Source of the DNA: an uncultured Cytophagales bacterium
Lineage (GTDB): Bacteria; Bacteroidota; Bacteroidia; Cytophagales; JAAEPT01
Assembly (NCBI GenBank): GCA_964511645.1
Contig: CAZEGV010000002.1
Span: 2,689-66,688, forward strand
Length of the DNA stretch: 64,000 nucleotides
Reading direction: 5' to 3'
A model generated the notes under the pieces. That model made no database searches, had not been told where the DNA came from, and saw nothing but the letters and a program-made list of their open reading frames with translations. Both the position numbers and the translations under genes were made by a program. Position 1 is the stretch's first letter. Each line of letters starts with the position of its first letter. Of the stretch, positions 10,386-20,269 are shown one piece after another.

Positions 10386-10988
10386 TTATAAAACTTCTTC
10401 TTCCATCTCAAAAACAGGGAATTCTAAATCTGTATCAATATAATGATCGAATTTAATGAGCTCAAGAGTGTCGTTGTAAAAGACAAATTCCCATTGATCA
10501 TACATATCAGCATCTGCTCCTTGGCGTAATATTACTTTGTGTTCATCTGTAAAAATAAAGGGATTGTTCTCATGTTGCTTAAGACCAATGAATTTTTCAT
10601 TAAACTCACTTCGTGTAATTCCTATATGAATGTCTCTAATAAGGGAGAGTTGTTTATCGTAAATAGTAGCATCTATGTGCTCATGGTTAAGCACATGAAA
10701 CAATGAAGCTTTATAATTAATACTACGTAAAGTGTCTTCTCCATAGATTGCGTCCTTTTCTTGCCAAACATCACTTTCATTACCTGAACCCATGACCGTA
10801 AAAGGAGCACTTAAAAAATCATTGACTGAAATCAGATTAGTGGATGTCCCTGTATTGGTGTCTACCATGTCCATCGGGTCAAGTAGTGCTTGAGGGGGTA
10901 TTTCTGTTTCTGTATTGACTTGGTTACATGATACAAATGAAACACTTACTGCAGTGATGATAAAAATAGAATAGATTACGTTTTTCAT
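10386..10988 (-). CDS. Hypothetical lipoprotein
   Basis: Signal peptide with lipobox-like VSFVSC; no recognisable domain. Confidence 0.5.
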   Translation of the reverse strand: MKNVIYSIFIITAVSVSFVSCNQVNTETEIPPQALLDPMDMVDTNTGTSTNLISVNDFLSAPFTVMGSGNESDVWQEKDAIYGEDTLRSINYKASLFHVLNHEHIDATIYDKQLSLIRDIHIGITRSEFNEKFIGLKQHENNPFIFTDEHKVILRQGADADMYDQWEFVFYNDTLELIKFDHYIDTDLEFPVFEMEEEVL

Positions 10989-10994
10989 AAAATG

Positions 10995-11801
10995 CTAAGC
11001 TTTAAGCCATTGAACCCAATATTGGTCTAGGGTGTTTATTTTTTTCTTGTTTTTGAATATACCAAAGACGGAGCTTCCGCTTCCGCTCATAGAAGCATAT
11101 ACGCATCCTGCTTCATAAAGTTGGTTTTTAATGTCAGAAATAATTGGATGATTGGATAAAATTGACTCTTCAAAATCATTTTTCAGAAAACCTTTCCATA
11201 AGTTAGGCTGAGAGATTTTTATTTTTTCTTCTAAATTAAATGATATTTTTTCGGGACTTAATCCTTGATACGCCTCTTTAGTAGAAATGTGAATATTAGG
11301 GTTTACTATTAGAACATGGTATTCTGACAGGTTTAGTTGTATGTCTTTAAATTGATCACCTTTTCCGTAGCAGTACTTTACTTTGTTTTGAATAAAGAAA
11401 GCACAGTCGCTCCCTAATGTTCTTGCGTATTCTTCAAGGCTTTTTTCTTCTATATTAAGCTCGAATAATTGATTGATTGCCCTGAGCATATAAGCTGCGT
11501 CACTACTACCACCGCCTAAACCCGCTCCAATAGGAATTTGTTTGTGTAAATGAATTGTTACTGGAGGTATGTCATAATCTTGTGCCAATAGCCGATATGC
11601 TTTTATACATAAATTATCTGACTCGCTACCTGGAATTTGTATACCAGTGCTTTCAAATGAAAGTTTATCAGAAGGATTTACTTCCAAAATGTCGTGTATA
11701 CGCACAGGGTAAAAGATAGAGGCTAAATTATGAAATCCATCGTCTCTTTTGTCAGTAATATATAAACCAAGGTTTATCTTGGCATTAGGGTACAGTATCA
11801 T
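10995..11801 (-). CDS. ispE: 4-diphosphocytidyl-2-C-methyl-D-erythritol kinase
   Basis: YPNAKINLGL start region and GLGGGSSDAA GHMP-kinase motif. The ORF runs to 11861, but the internal Met at 11801 matches family N-termini. Confidence 0.85.
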   Translation of the reverse strand: MILYPNAKINLGLYITDKRDDGFHNLASIFYPVRIHDILEVNPSDKLSFESTGIQIPGSESDNLCIKAYRLLAQDYDIPPVTIHLHKQIPIGAGLGGGSSDAAYMLRAINQLFELNIEEKSLEEYARTLGSDCAFFIQNKVKYCYGKGDQFKDIQLNLSEYHVLIVNPNIHISTKEAYQGLSPEKISFNLEEKIKISQPNLWKGFLKNDFEESILSNHPIISDIKNQLYEAGCVYASMSGSGSSVFGIFKNKKKINTLDQYWVQWLKA

Positions 11802-11863
11802 GTAGAAGTTCTTATATTTGTACCAAAGTAGGCAGCTAATTTTTAAAAACCAATTTAGCAATT

Positions 11864-12460
11864 ATGATTTTATATGGAGCAGGCAGGCATGCGAGGGTAG
11901 TGATAGATTGTTTACTAGATGCTAGGGTGGAGATAGGTGGATTTTTTGATGATAATTTAGACTTGGTGTCCTTGAATGGATTTGATGTTTTGGGTAAGTA
12001 TGACCCGACTCTTAATCCTCAAAACAAATTAGTAATTACAATATGTGATAATAAAGTGAGACAAACACTTAGTAATCTTATTGAGCACCCTTTTGGTGTT
12101 ATCAAACACCCTAGTACTGTTGTTTCAAAATATGCCCGTATAGAAAAAGGAACTACTTTGCTACATGGTGTTATTGTCCAAACAGGGACGAAAATAGGAA
12201 AGCACTGTATTGTTAATACTGGTGCAAGTATCGATCACGATTGTGTTATTGGTGATTATTGCCACATATCACCTCGTGTGACACTATGTGATAGTGTTGT
12301 GCTAAATGAAGGTGTTCAGATTGGTGCGGGTGCTATTATATTGCCTCATGTTACTATTGGGAAATGGTGTGTGATAGGTGCCGGCTCTGTTATTACAGAG
12401 GATTTACCCGATTATTCAGAAGTGATTGCTACACCAAATAAATTGCTAAAGAAAGTGTAA
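11864..12460 (+). CDS. NeuD/PglD-like sugar O-acyltransferase (left-handed beta-helix)
   Basis: N-terminal Rossmann-like GAGRHARVV followed by hexapeptide repeats. Confidence 0.7.
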   Translation: MILYGAGRHARVVIDCLLDARVEIGGFFDDNLDLVSLNGFDVLGKYDPTLNPQNKLVITICDNKVRQTLSNLIEHPFGVIKHPSTVVSKYARIEKGTTLLHGVIVQTGTKIGKHCIVNTGASIDHDCVIGDYCHISPRVTLCDSVVLNEGVQIGAGAIILPHVTIGKWCVIGAGSVITEDLPDYSEVIATPNKLLKKV

Positions 12461-12475
12461 ATAAATTTTTGACAC

Positions 12476-12512
12476 AAAAAAACCTGTTGCTTTTAGGGTA
12501 ACAGGTTTTTTT
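12476..12512. terminator. Bidirectional intrinsic terminator
   Basis: AAAAAAACCTGTT-loop-AACAGGTTTTTTT between the convergent genes ending at 12460 and 12535. Confidence 0.75.
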
Positions 12513-12534
12513 ATGTCAAAATAAATTGTGTTGA

Positions 12535-12960
12535 TTATTTTTTTAGTAAGTCACGAATTTCTCCTAACAATACTTCTTCTTTAGTTGGTGTTGCAGGTGC
12601 TTTTGGTGCTTCGGATTCTTTTTTCTCCATACCTTCTTTTAGTTTGTTATACCCTTTTACTACCATAAACACTACAAAAGCAACAATTATAAATGTAAGA
12701 ATATGATTAAAAAAGGTGCCATAGTTAATTGCTACTTCACTTATCGCATCACCAGCTCCTCCAGCAGTTTCTGCTACTGCATCTTGAATCACTAATTTTA
12801 AATCATTAAAATCAACACCACCGAGTATTTTTCCTACTGGAGGCATAATGATATCACTTACTAATGATTTGATAATTGCACCAAAGTAAGTACCCATAAT
12901 CATACCTACTGCCAATTCCATTACATTACCTTTGCTGATGAATTTTTTGAATTCGTTCAT
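12535..12960 (-). CDS. mscL: Large-conductance mechanosensitive channel
   Basis: FKKFISKGNVMELAVGMIMG N-terminus; two TM helices; 141 aa. Confidence 0.88.
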   Translation of the reverse strand: MNEFKKFISKGNVMELAVGMIMGTYFGAIIKSLVSDIIMPPVGKILGGVDFNDLKLVIQDAVAETAGGAGDAISEVAINYGTFFNHILTFIIVAFVVFMVVKGYNKLKEGMEKKESEAPKAPATPTKEEVLLGEIRDLLKK

Positions 12961-13051
12961 TTTGTTTATTTTTTTTGGTTAAAATTAAGTTAATCCGAAA
13001 AGTAAAGGGTTTTGTTTTAATTACAAAATTATGTGTATAAACTCCTGTTTG

Positions 13052-13732
13052 TCAGTGGTCAGTGGTTTGTTTTTTGGCTGTAGACATAGTGTACTCAGCA
13101 TTAAGTCCTTTTACAATTTGGTCTGTAATGTTAAGGCTGTCACTAGCGTATAATACATTAGACATACTTCCAGTTGTGATAATATATGAGTAATGAAACT
13201 CTGAGCTGTATTTTTTGAGGTAAGTAGAAATATTTTCTCCTAGTTTTTCAGTGAGCTTACGTTCACGGGCTATTAATTTCTCTGACAGCTGTTGTTTTCT
13301 AGTCATTAATCTTTGCTCTTTGTCTTGTAGTAGTTTTCCCGCTGCTTCGTATTCTGCTTGTGTTTTTATCATACCAGATTGAGCTTTATCTTGTAAATCT
13401 TGTAAGTCACTCATTAGTTTTTTTTCAGAAGCCATTAGTTCTCTTTCCGATTTTTTATACTCTAGGTCTAGTTTTTTAGTGATCTCTGCTACCAGTTTAT
13501 ACTTAGCCATTAGTACATCACGATTTACGTAGGCTATTGGTAAGTTAGATTCATCAATAATAAGGTTTGGTAACTCTGGCTTAGTAGTAAGTCTCAAACT
13601 ATCTTGTTTTGTATTTTCAGTAATATTCGCGTTAAGCGTATCATACTTGTTTTGTAAAGTTGATAATGAAAAAAACAAATATGCTGATAACGCTAAAGCT
13701 ATTCCTCCTACTATAATTCCTATTTTGTTCAT
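13052..13732 (-). CDS. OmpH/Skp-family periplasmic chaperone
   Basis: N-terminal anchor or signal, then a long Lys/Glu/Gln-rich coiled region typical of OmpH. Confidence 0.6.
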   Translation of the reverse strand: MNKIGIIVGGIALALSAYLFFSLSTLQNKYDTLNANITENTKQDSLRLTTKPELPNLIIDESNLPIAYVNRDVLMAKYKLVAEITKKLDLEYKKSERELMASEKKLMSDLQDLQDKAQSGMIKTQAEYEAAGKLLQDKEQRLMTRKQQLSEKLIARERKLTEKLGENISTYLKKYSSEFHYSYIITTGSMSNVLYASDSLNITDQIVKGLNAEYTMSTAKKQTTDH

Positions 13733-13789
13733 GGTATCTCTTATTATTATTCGGCTAATGTAACACTTTCTTAAGGAGATTTCATTTTC

Positions 13790-14470
13790 ATGTATGGAGT
13801 ATTTTGGCTAGCTTGCTTCTTGTATGAAAAAAGTAAGATGAGTCTGAGTCAATTTTTATATCAAAACCGTATTTTTTTAGCGATTTCAGGAACTTATGTT
13901 TTATTAGCTTCGGCAATCATTTACTTAACCAAACAGGGTGATGCTGTACTATGGTTTGATGCACATCATACGTTTGTAAGTGATTTGTTTTTTAAAATGA
14001 CGACCTATATTGGTGACGGAATTTTTATTGTTTTATTTCTAATAGGCTTGGCTTTCCGAAACTATCGGCACGTAATTTTTATAGGAATTAGTTTGGGCAT
14101 AAATGCCTTAGTTGTTCAACAGGTAAAACACTATCTTAATTTTCCTCGTCCTCGTAAGTACTTCTGGCCTCGTGAGGATTTTCATTTCATTTTACCACCA
14201 GACGATGTTCATGGTGATTTTTCTTTTCCTTCAGGGCATTCTAATGGTGCTTTTACATTATTGTTTTGTTTGGTGATTATATCATATAAGAGTAAAAAAA
14301 CTCAAATCATATTGGGCTTACTAGCGATTAGTGCTTCAATATCTAGGCTTGTACTGTTTCAGCATTTTTTACGAGACACAGTAGTTGGTGCTAGTATTGC
14401 AATCGTTCTTACTACCGTGTTATATTTTATATTTAAACAAATACCGTTTTTCAAAAAAGAATTAGAATAA
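13790..14470 (+). CDS. PAP2-family lipid phosphatase
   Basis: KxxxxxxRP (KHYLNFPRPR), PSGHS and a distal R....D motif, with multiple TM helices. The start is more likely the Met at 13838. Confidence 0.7.
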   Translation: MYGVFWLACFLYEKSKMSLSQFLYQNRIFLAISGTYVLLASAIIYLTKQGDAVLWFDAHHTFVSDLFFKMTTYIGDGIFIVLFLIGLAFRNYRHVIFIGISLGINALVVQQVKHYLNFPRPRKYFWPREDFHFILPPDDVHGDFSFPSGHSNGAFTLLFCLVIISYKSKKTQIILGLLAISASISRLVLFQHFLRDTVVGASIAIVLTTVLYFIFKQIPFFKKELE

Positions 14471-15669
14471 TGAAAATTGGAATCATAAAAGAAGGAAAAA
14501 TACCTGTTGACCACCGAGTTCCTTTAAACCCAGAACAATGTAAAGAGTTGCAAAATCAGTACAATGTTGAACTTGTTGTACAGCCTAGCGATATTCGTTG
14601 CTATACAAATGAAGAATACAAAGAGGCGGGCATTACTTTACAAGAAGATTTGTCTGACTGTGAAGTGCTAATGGGAGTAAAAGAAGTGCCTCTTGCCGAA
14701 CTAATTCCAAACAAAACATATTTCTTTTTTTCGCACACAGCGAAACAACAACCGTATAACAAAAAGCTTTTACAAACAATATTAGCTAAAAAAATAAAAA
14801 TTGTAGATTATGAGTATTTAAAAATACTTGGCGGTCAACGTGTAGTCGCTTTTGGTAGGTGGGCAGGTATAGTAGGGGCTTACAATGCTTTGAGAACTTA
14901 TGGACTCAAATACAAGACCTATGATTTAAAACCAGCCCACGACTGTTTTGATGTTCAAGAGCTTAGGGAAGAGTTAAGTAATGTCAAATTAGAACCTATT
15001 AAAATTGCTCTTACTGGAAGCGGAAGGGTATCGCAAGGCGCAATGGAAATACTTGACAAAGCAAAAATCAGAAAAGTAAGTGTAGAAGAATATCTAAACC
15101 AATCTTTTGATGAACCTATATATTGTCAGCTAAAAATACCAGATTATAATAAACATGGATTAGGGGAATTATTTGTTCGGCAAGATTTTTATAAAAATCC
15201 ATCTGATTACCAATCAAATTTTAGAAAGTTTACATCCCAAACTGATGTTTTGATTGCGGGTGCTTATTGGGATCCAAAAGCTCCTGTTTTGTTCCGAAAA
15301 GAAGAAGTAAAAAATACTGATTTTAAAATTAAAGTCATTGCTGATATTACTTGTGACATAGAAGGGTCTATTCCTACTACGGTACGTCCAAGTACGATTG
15401 AGGACCCTATTTATGATTATGACATTACACAATTAGTGGAGGTGAAGGCATTGACGGACATCAATAATATAACAGTAATGGCGGTAGATAATTTACCTTG
15501 TGAATTACCTAGAGATGCCTCTGATAGTTTTGGAAGTCAGTTGTTAGAAAACGTAATGCCAAATTTATTGGGGGATGATGCTAGTGAAATGATTCATCGA
15601 TCAGCTATTACTACTTTGCAAGGAAGACTTAATGAGCCTTATACTTATTTGTCAGATTATATTGCTTAG
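14470..15669 (+). CDS. Alanine dehydrogenase/PNT-fold enzyme, saccharopine dehydrogenase (L-lysine-forming)-like
   Basis: MKIGIIKE..E.RVPL N-terminus and GSGRVSQGA dinucleotide loop. The specific substrate is not determinable. Confidence 0.55.
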   Translation: MKIGIIKEGKIPVDHRVPLNPEQCKELQNQYNVELVVQPSDIRCYTNEEYKEAGITLQEDLSDCEVLMGVKEVPLAELIPNKTYFFFSHTAKQQPYNKKLLQTILAKKIKIVDYEYLKILGGQRVVAFGRWAGIVGAYNALRTYGLKYKTYDLKPAHDCFDVQELREELSNVKLEPIKIALTGSGRVSQGAMEILDKAKIRKVSVEEYLNQSFDEPIYCQLKIPDYNKHGLGELFVRQDFYKNPSDYQSNFRKFTSQTDVLIAGAYWDPKAPVLFRKEEVKNTDFKIKVIADITCDIEGSIPTTVRPSTIEDPIYDYDITQLVEVKALTDINNITVMAVDNLPCELPRDASDSFGSQLLENVMPNLLGDDASEMIHRSAITTLQGRLNEPYTYLSDYIA

Positions 15670-17356
15670 TTACCAATGGAATATATTACCAAAGGTTGAA
15701 GAAAAGAAGCTTGTAGACTTTGCCACACAGCTTAATATTAGCCCTGTGCTTGCTCAAGTTTTATTGCAACGAGGAGTTGATACTTTTGAAAAGGCAAAAA
15801 GTTATTTCCGCCCTAGTTTAGAAATGCTTCATGATCCATTTTTAATGAAAGGGATGGATGATGCAGTGAATAGAATTAGCCAAGCACTAGGTGAGGGTGA
15901 GAAAGTACTTATCTACGGAGATTATGATGTAGATGGGACTACATCCGTAGCTTTAGTTTATGGATTTTTACAACAATTTCATGGGCAATGCTTTTATTAT
16001 ATCCCTGACCGATATAAAGAAGGTTATGGAGTGTCTCAGCTAGGCATTGATTATGCAGAAGAAGAGGGGGTTACACTAATTATTAGTTTAGATTGTGGCA
16101 TTAAGGCTGTTGATATGGTCGCTTACGCTAAACAAAAAAGTATTGATTTTATTATTTGTGATCACCACTTACCAAGTGAGCAATTACCTGATGCCTTTGC
16201 GATTTTGGATCCTAAACAGCTTGATTGTAAATATCCATATAAAGAATTGTGTGGAGTGGGAGTAGGCTTTAAGTTTATGCAAGCATTATGTATACAACAG
16301 GATATCCCTTTAGAGAGCTTGTATAAATTTCTTGATTTAGTAGCCATTGGCACCAGTGCCGATATCGTACCCATCACTGATGAAAATAGGATACTTGTAC
16401 ATTATGGCTTACAACAAATTAACCAATCACCTAGCTTAGGTGTGGAAGCCCTAATGAAAATTGTAGGATTTATAGACAGGCGATTGTCCGTGTCTAATTT
16501 GGTGTTTGGTATTGCACCTAAAATCAATGCCGCTGGGAGAATTGGGCATGGTGGTGAAGCCGTAGCTTTATTATTAGAAAAAACAAAAGAGGGTGCAGAA
16601 GAAAAAGCTTTCCTGATTAATAAGAGTAATGAAAATCGCCGTATCCTGGATGCGTCAATTACCCAAGAAGCACTTGCAGAAATTAGTTTATCATATCCAG
16701 ACAGAAAGTCTACTGTGCTTTACAACTCTAGTTGGCACAAAGGGGTAATTGGGATTGTAGCCTCTCGCTGTATTGAGTTATATTATCGCCCTACAGTTAT
16801 CCTTACCAAATCGGGTGACGTGGCAGCTGGGTCAGTTAGGTCTGTAAAGGGATATAATGTTTATGAAGCAATAGAGCAATGCGGAGATTTATTAGAACAA
16901 TTTGGTGGGCACGCCTATGCCGCAGGGCTTACCATTGCTTTTGATAAAATTGATGAGTTTAGAAAAAGATTTGAAAAGATTATTTCTGATACAATTACAG
17001 ATGAGTTGCTACAGCCTTCTATTCAGATTGATGCAGAATTATCTTTAGAGAGTATTACTTCTAGTTTTTATAACATACTTTACCAAATGGATCCTTTTGG
17101 TCCTGAGAACATGACTCCTATTTTTATCTCTAGGGCAGTAAAAACGAAAGACGTGAAGCTCTTGAAGGATGTGCACCTTAAAATAAAGGTCACTCAAGAC
17201 GGTAAAACCTATATTGATGTAATCGGTTTTGGTTTAGGGGAATATTATGATGAAATCCTGAAAGCTAAGCATATCGATATTTGTTATACTATTGAGGAAA
17301 ATGTATTTCGAGGTAAAACCAGTATTCAATTGATGCTAAAAGATGTGAGGATTTAA
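15632..17356 (+). CDS. recJ: Single-stranded-DNA-specific exonuclease RecJ
   Basis: DHH motifs (GDYDVDGTTS, DCG, ICDHH) and DHHA1 (GGHAYAAG). The true start is uncertain: the ORF overlaps the upstream gene by 38 nt, and a TTG at 15662 is an alternative. Confidence 0.85.
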   Translation: MSLILICQIILLSYQWNILPKVEEKKLVDFATQLNISPVLAQVLLQRGVDTFEKAKSYFRPSLEMLHDPFLMKGMDDAVNRISQALGEGEKVLIYGDYDVDGTTSVALVYGFLQQFHGQCFYYIPDRYKEGYGVSQLGIDYAEEEGVTLIISLDCGIKAVDMVAYAKQKSIDFIICDHHLPSEQLPDAFAILDPKQLDCKYPYKELCGVGVGFKFMQALCIQQDIPLESLYKFLDLVAIGTSADIVPITDENRILVHYGLQQINQSPSLGVEALMKIVGFIDRRLSVSNLVFGIAPKINAAGRIGHGGEAVALLLEKTKEGAEEKAFLINKSNENRRILDASITQEALAEISLSYPDRKSTVLYNSSWHKGVIGIVASRCIELYYRPTVILTKSGDVAAGSVRSVKGYNVYEAIEQCGDLLEQFGGHAYAAGLTIAFDKIDEFRKRFEKIISDTITDELLQPSIQIDAELSLESITSSFYNILYQMDPFGPENMTPIFISRAVKTKDVKLLKDVHLKIKVTQDGKTYIDVIGFGLGEYYDEILKAKHIDICYTIEENVFRGKTSIQLMLKDVRI

Positions 17357-17384
17357 AATTTACCTAGAAAAAATACTTGTAAAC

Positions 17385-17416
17385 AAAAAAAGAACCCTCA
17401 AAGAGAGTTCTTTTTT
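17385..17416. terminator. Bidirectional intrinsic terminator
   Basis: AAAAAA-AGAACCCTC-aaa-GAGAGTTCT-TTTTT between convergent recJ and the GH18 gene. Confidence 0.65.
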
Positions 17417-17505
17417 ATGTGTTAATTAGGATATGAATATGTGTGTTATCTTACGGTAGATACTGTTTAGTCAAAAAAGGTAACCCTAGTGACAGCTAAA
17501 CTTAG

Positions 17506-18726
17506 CTATTCACCCAAAATGATTTGATAATATGCCCTATTTGTTTTAATTATGAGTTTTTTGTTTAAATATTTTTTTAATTTAATCTTAGTATATTCAT
17601 CCTCTTGTTTTATTCTTTTATAAATAAAGGATTTTAAAAAGGTATCATTTTCATCTAAAATAGTAATAAGTTGAATTTTTTCTTTAGGTAGGTTTGATAA
17701 AATGATTTCATTGTCTTCAATAGATATTTTGATTTGATGAGGGATACAATTTTGGTTGAGTGAGTTGATATAGGCTTCATTAAGTAATGATTTTTTGCCT
17801 CTTATGTCCATAGTGATTTCCCAAATCATAATTCCGCTACAACTCTCATTGATGGCGAGTTCGGTTTTCTTTTTAATCATAGGTTGCCCATCATACCAAA
17901 GTTTCCCTATTTGGTCTTTTTGATAAGCATCGTTTTGCATACCTACAATTTCTCTATATAGTGGTGAGGTGACTCCTGCCTCAAATGATCGTCCGTAAAA
18001 AGGTAAGCCCAGTACGATTCGTTCACTGTTTACATTTCTTTTTTTATAATATTGGATGTCTTTTATGGCTTTGTCATAGGGGGCATGTGGGCCAAGCTTA
18101 TTGGGAGCCCAAGCACCTGTGGCGTCATACGACATGATATAAAGATAGTCTACATAAGCGAGGGCAGTATCCGAAAGCATATCTGCCCATTGACCAGCAC
18201 CACTCCATGCGGCGGTTACTTCCCAATCTCTTTTGTGGCAAGTGTCCGATAATTCTTTCATAAATACTCCTAAGTACTCATTGATACAATCTCCTTCAAT
18301 GTCGATATCAATTCCATCAAGGTTATTGTCGTCAATGTATTCCACAAGGTTGGCAATAAACTGAGGTCTGTTTTCGTCATTCATGAGTTTTCGGTAGCGG
18401 TTAATCATAGTGAGATCTCCCCAGAATCCTCCGCCAGCTAGGGATACTGCTGTTTTGACTCCGTATTTTTTCGCTTTCCCTACTGCGGTGCTTATAGGGA
18501 TTTCTCCTTCTGTAAAATTGCCCCCACCTAGGTAAGGTCCAAAGATAAGATTGCCGTTTTCGTCAGGATTAATAAAAGCTATTTCGAGGTGAGTAATCAT
18601 TGATAACTCATGGTCAGAAAGTAAGGGGATATTTCGTTGCATGACATAACCTACTATTCTGAATTTTTCTTGTGCTTGGCTAATTTGCATAGCACATATC
18701 ATTATTATTGCGATTAAATATCTCAT
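17506..18726 (-). CDS. Secreted glycoside hydrolase family 18 (chitinase-like)
   Basis: Signal peptide, GH18 catalytic motif DGIDIDIEG, and an extra C-terminal domain of about 90 aa. Confidence 0.75.
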   Translation of the reverse strand: MRYLIAIIMICAMQISQAQEKFRIVGYVMQRNIPLLSDHELSMITHLEIAFINPDENGNLIFGPYLGGGNFTEGEIPISTAVGKAKKYGVKTAVSLAGGGFWGDLTMINRYRKLMNDENRPQFIANLVEYIDDNNLDGIDIDIEGDCINEYLGVFMKELSDTCHKRDWEVTAAWSGAGQWADMLSDTALAYVDYLYIMSYDATGAWAPNKLGPHAPYDKAIKDIQYYKKRNVNSERIVLGLPFYGRSFEAGVTSPLYREIVGMQNDAYQKDQIGKLWYDGQPMIKKKTELAINESCSGIMIWEITMDIRGKKSLLNEAYINSLNQNCIPHQIKISIEDNEIILSNLPKEKIQLITILDENDTFLKSFIYKRIKQEDEYTKIKLKKYLNKKLIIKTNRAYYQIILGE

Positions 18727-19358
18727 CTTTTCATGTTTTTTCTTCCCACAATACTACAAATTGGGCAATTTAATACTTGATGTCCTCTTGATGGGCAAAA
18801 TTCCCTCCCAAAATAAATGATTTGCAAATGTAAATCATTCCATTTATCACGTGAGAATAGTCTTTTGGCATCTTTTTCTGTTTTCTCTACATTTTTATCA
18901 CTAGACAATCCCCAGCGATACATTAGGCGTTGAATATGCGTATCAACAGGGAATGAAGGTATACCAAATGACTGTGCCATGACTACGGAGGCTGTTTTAT
19001 GCCCTACTCCAGGCAATTCTTCCAGTAATTCAAAAGAAGCTGGGACTTCTCCTTTGTGTTTGTCAATTAAGATTTGAGAAAGTCCATGAATGGCTTTTGA
19101 TTTGCGTGGAGAAAGTCCACAAGGTCTAATGATGTCTCTAATCTCATCTATTGACAATTGTACCATATCATAAGGATTGTCTGCCCTAATAAATAAATGT
19201 GGTGTAATGAGGTTTACCCGTTTATCTGTACATTGAGCAGATAATAATACAGCAATCAACAAGGTGTAATTGTCTTTGTGGTCAAGCGGGATGGGAGGGT
19301 TCGCATACCTCGTTTCCAGCTCATTGATAATGAATTCTACTTTTTCACTCTTATTCAT
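18723..19358 (-). CDS. nth: Endonuclease III
   Basis: HhH-GPD (LPGVGHKTA) and C-terminal 4Fe-4S Cys cluster (C..C..C). Confidence 0.9.
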   Translation of the reverse strand: MNKSEKVEFIINELETRYANPPIPLDHKDNYTLLIAVLLSAQCTDKRVNLITPHLFIRADNPYDMVQLSIDEIRDIIRPCGLSPRKSKAIHGLSQILIDKHKGEVPASFELLEELPGVGHKTASVVMAQSFGIPSFPVDTHIQRLMYRWGLSSDKNVEKTEKDAKRLFSRDKWNDLHLQIIYFGREFCPSRGHQVLNCPICSIVGRKNMKR

Positions 19359-19409
19359 AAGGATAATATGGTATATCTATCGTAAATTAGCAAGATAAAC
19401 AATAAGCAT

Positions 19410-20264
19410 TTGTCCTACCGCATCATATATATCAGTATTTATCTTTTTTCTCTTTTGCCTTTTTGGGTGTTGTACAGAATATCTGATTTGTGTTATTTAT
19501 TGGTGTATAAAGTTTTTAAATACAGAGTTCAAGTAGTACAGGAGAACTTAAAAAATGCTTTTCCTGATAAATCAGTTGATGAACTAAAGGTAATTAAAAG
19601 AAAATATTACTTACACTTATGCGATTTGTTGGTGGAAAGCTTAAAACTATTGAGTGTGTCGGAAAAAGCTTTGGGCAAACGAATTACTCTTGTTAATAAA
19701 GAAGATGCAAATGCTTATGAAGGACAAAAAAAACAGTCTATATTTTTGTTAGGGCATTTGGGTAATTGGGAATGGGCGATTCCTACTTGTGCCACAAAAA
19801 TAAACCTTCCGCTTAATGTCGTTTATCATCCTCTTAGCAATAAAGGATTTGATAAGGTAATGCAAAAAATCAGGACAAGATTTGGTGCTACGACTACTCC
19901 GATGGCACAAACGGCTCGTGCCTTTATCAAATCAAGTAATACAGATACCGCAACGGCATTGGTTGCTGACCAAACTCCGTCTAACCGTAATAATACTTGG
20001 CTTAATTTTCTAAATCAAGACACCTTGGTTTTTCATGGGCCAGAAAAATTGGCTCGTAAATTCGGTACTCCAGTTTTTTATATTGGTATTTCTAAATCAA
20101 AAAGAGGGCATTATACCATTAGTCCTGAGCTATTGACAAAAGACGCTTCACAACTAGAGGAGGGAGAGTTAACTAAAATGTTTTTTGAAGCATTAGAAAA
20201 AGATATTCAGCAGTCACCAAGTATTTGGCTATGGTCACACCGCAGATGGAAGCATAAACGATAA
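19410..20264 (+). CDS. LpxL/HtrB-family lipid A (lysophospholipid) acyltransferase
   Basis: HLGNWE (Hx4E) catalytic motif, N-terminal TM helix, TTG start. Confidence 0.7.
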   Translation: MSYRIIYISIYLFSLLPFWVLYRISDLCYLLVYKVFKYRVQVVQENLKNAFPDKSVDELKVIKRKYYLHLCDLLVESLKLLSVSEKALGKRITLVNKEDANAYEGQKKQSIFLLGHLGNWEWAIPTCATKINLPLNVVYHPLSNKGFDKVMQKIRTRFGATTTPMAQTARAFIKSSNTDTATALVADQTPSNRNNTWLNFLNQDTLVFHGPEKLARKFGTPVFYIGISKSKRGHYTISPELLTKDASQLEEGELTKMFFEALEKDIQQSPSIWLWSHRRWKHKR

Positions 20265-20269
20265 GATAT

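Noticed and set aside
15632-15669. 38-nt overlap between the saccharopine-dehydrogenase-like gene and recJ, as possible coupling or recoding
   Set aside because: The overlap is most simply explained by the ORF caller taking the most upstream ATG. A TTG at 15662 gives a normal junction, and nothing suggests a programmed event.
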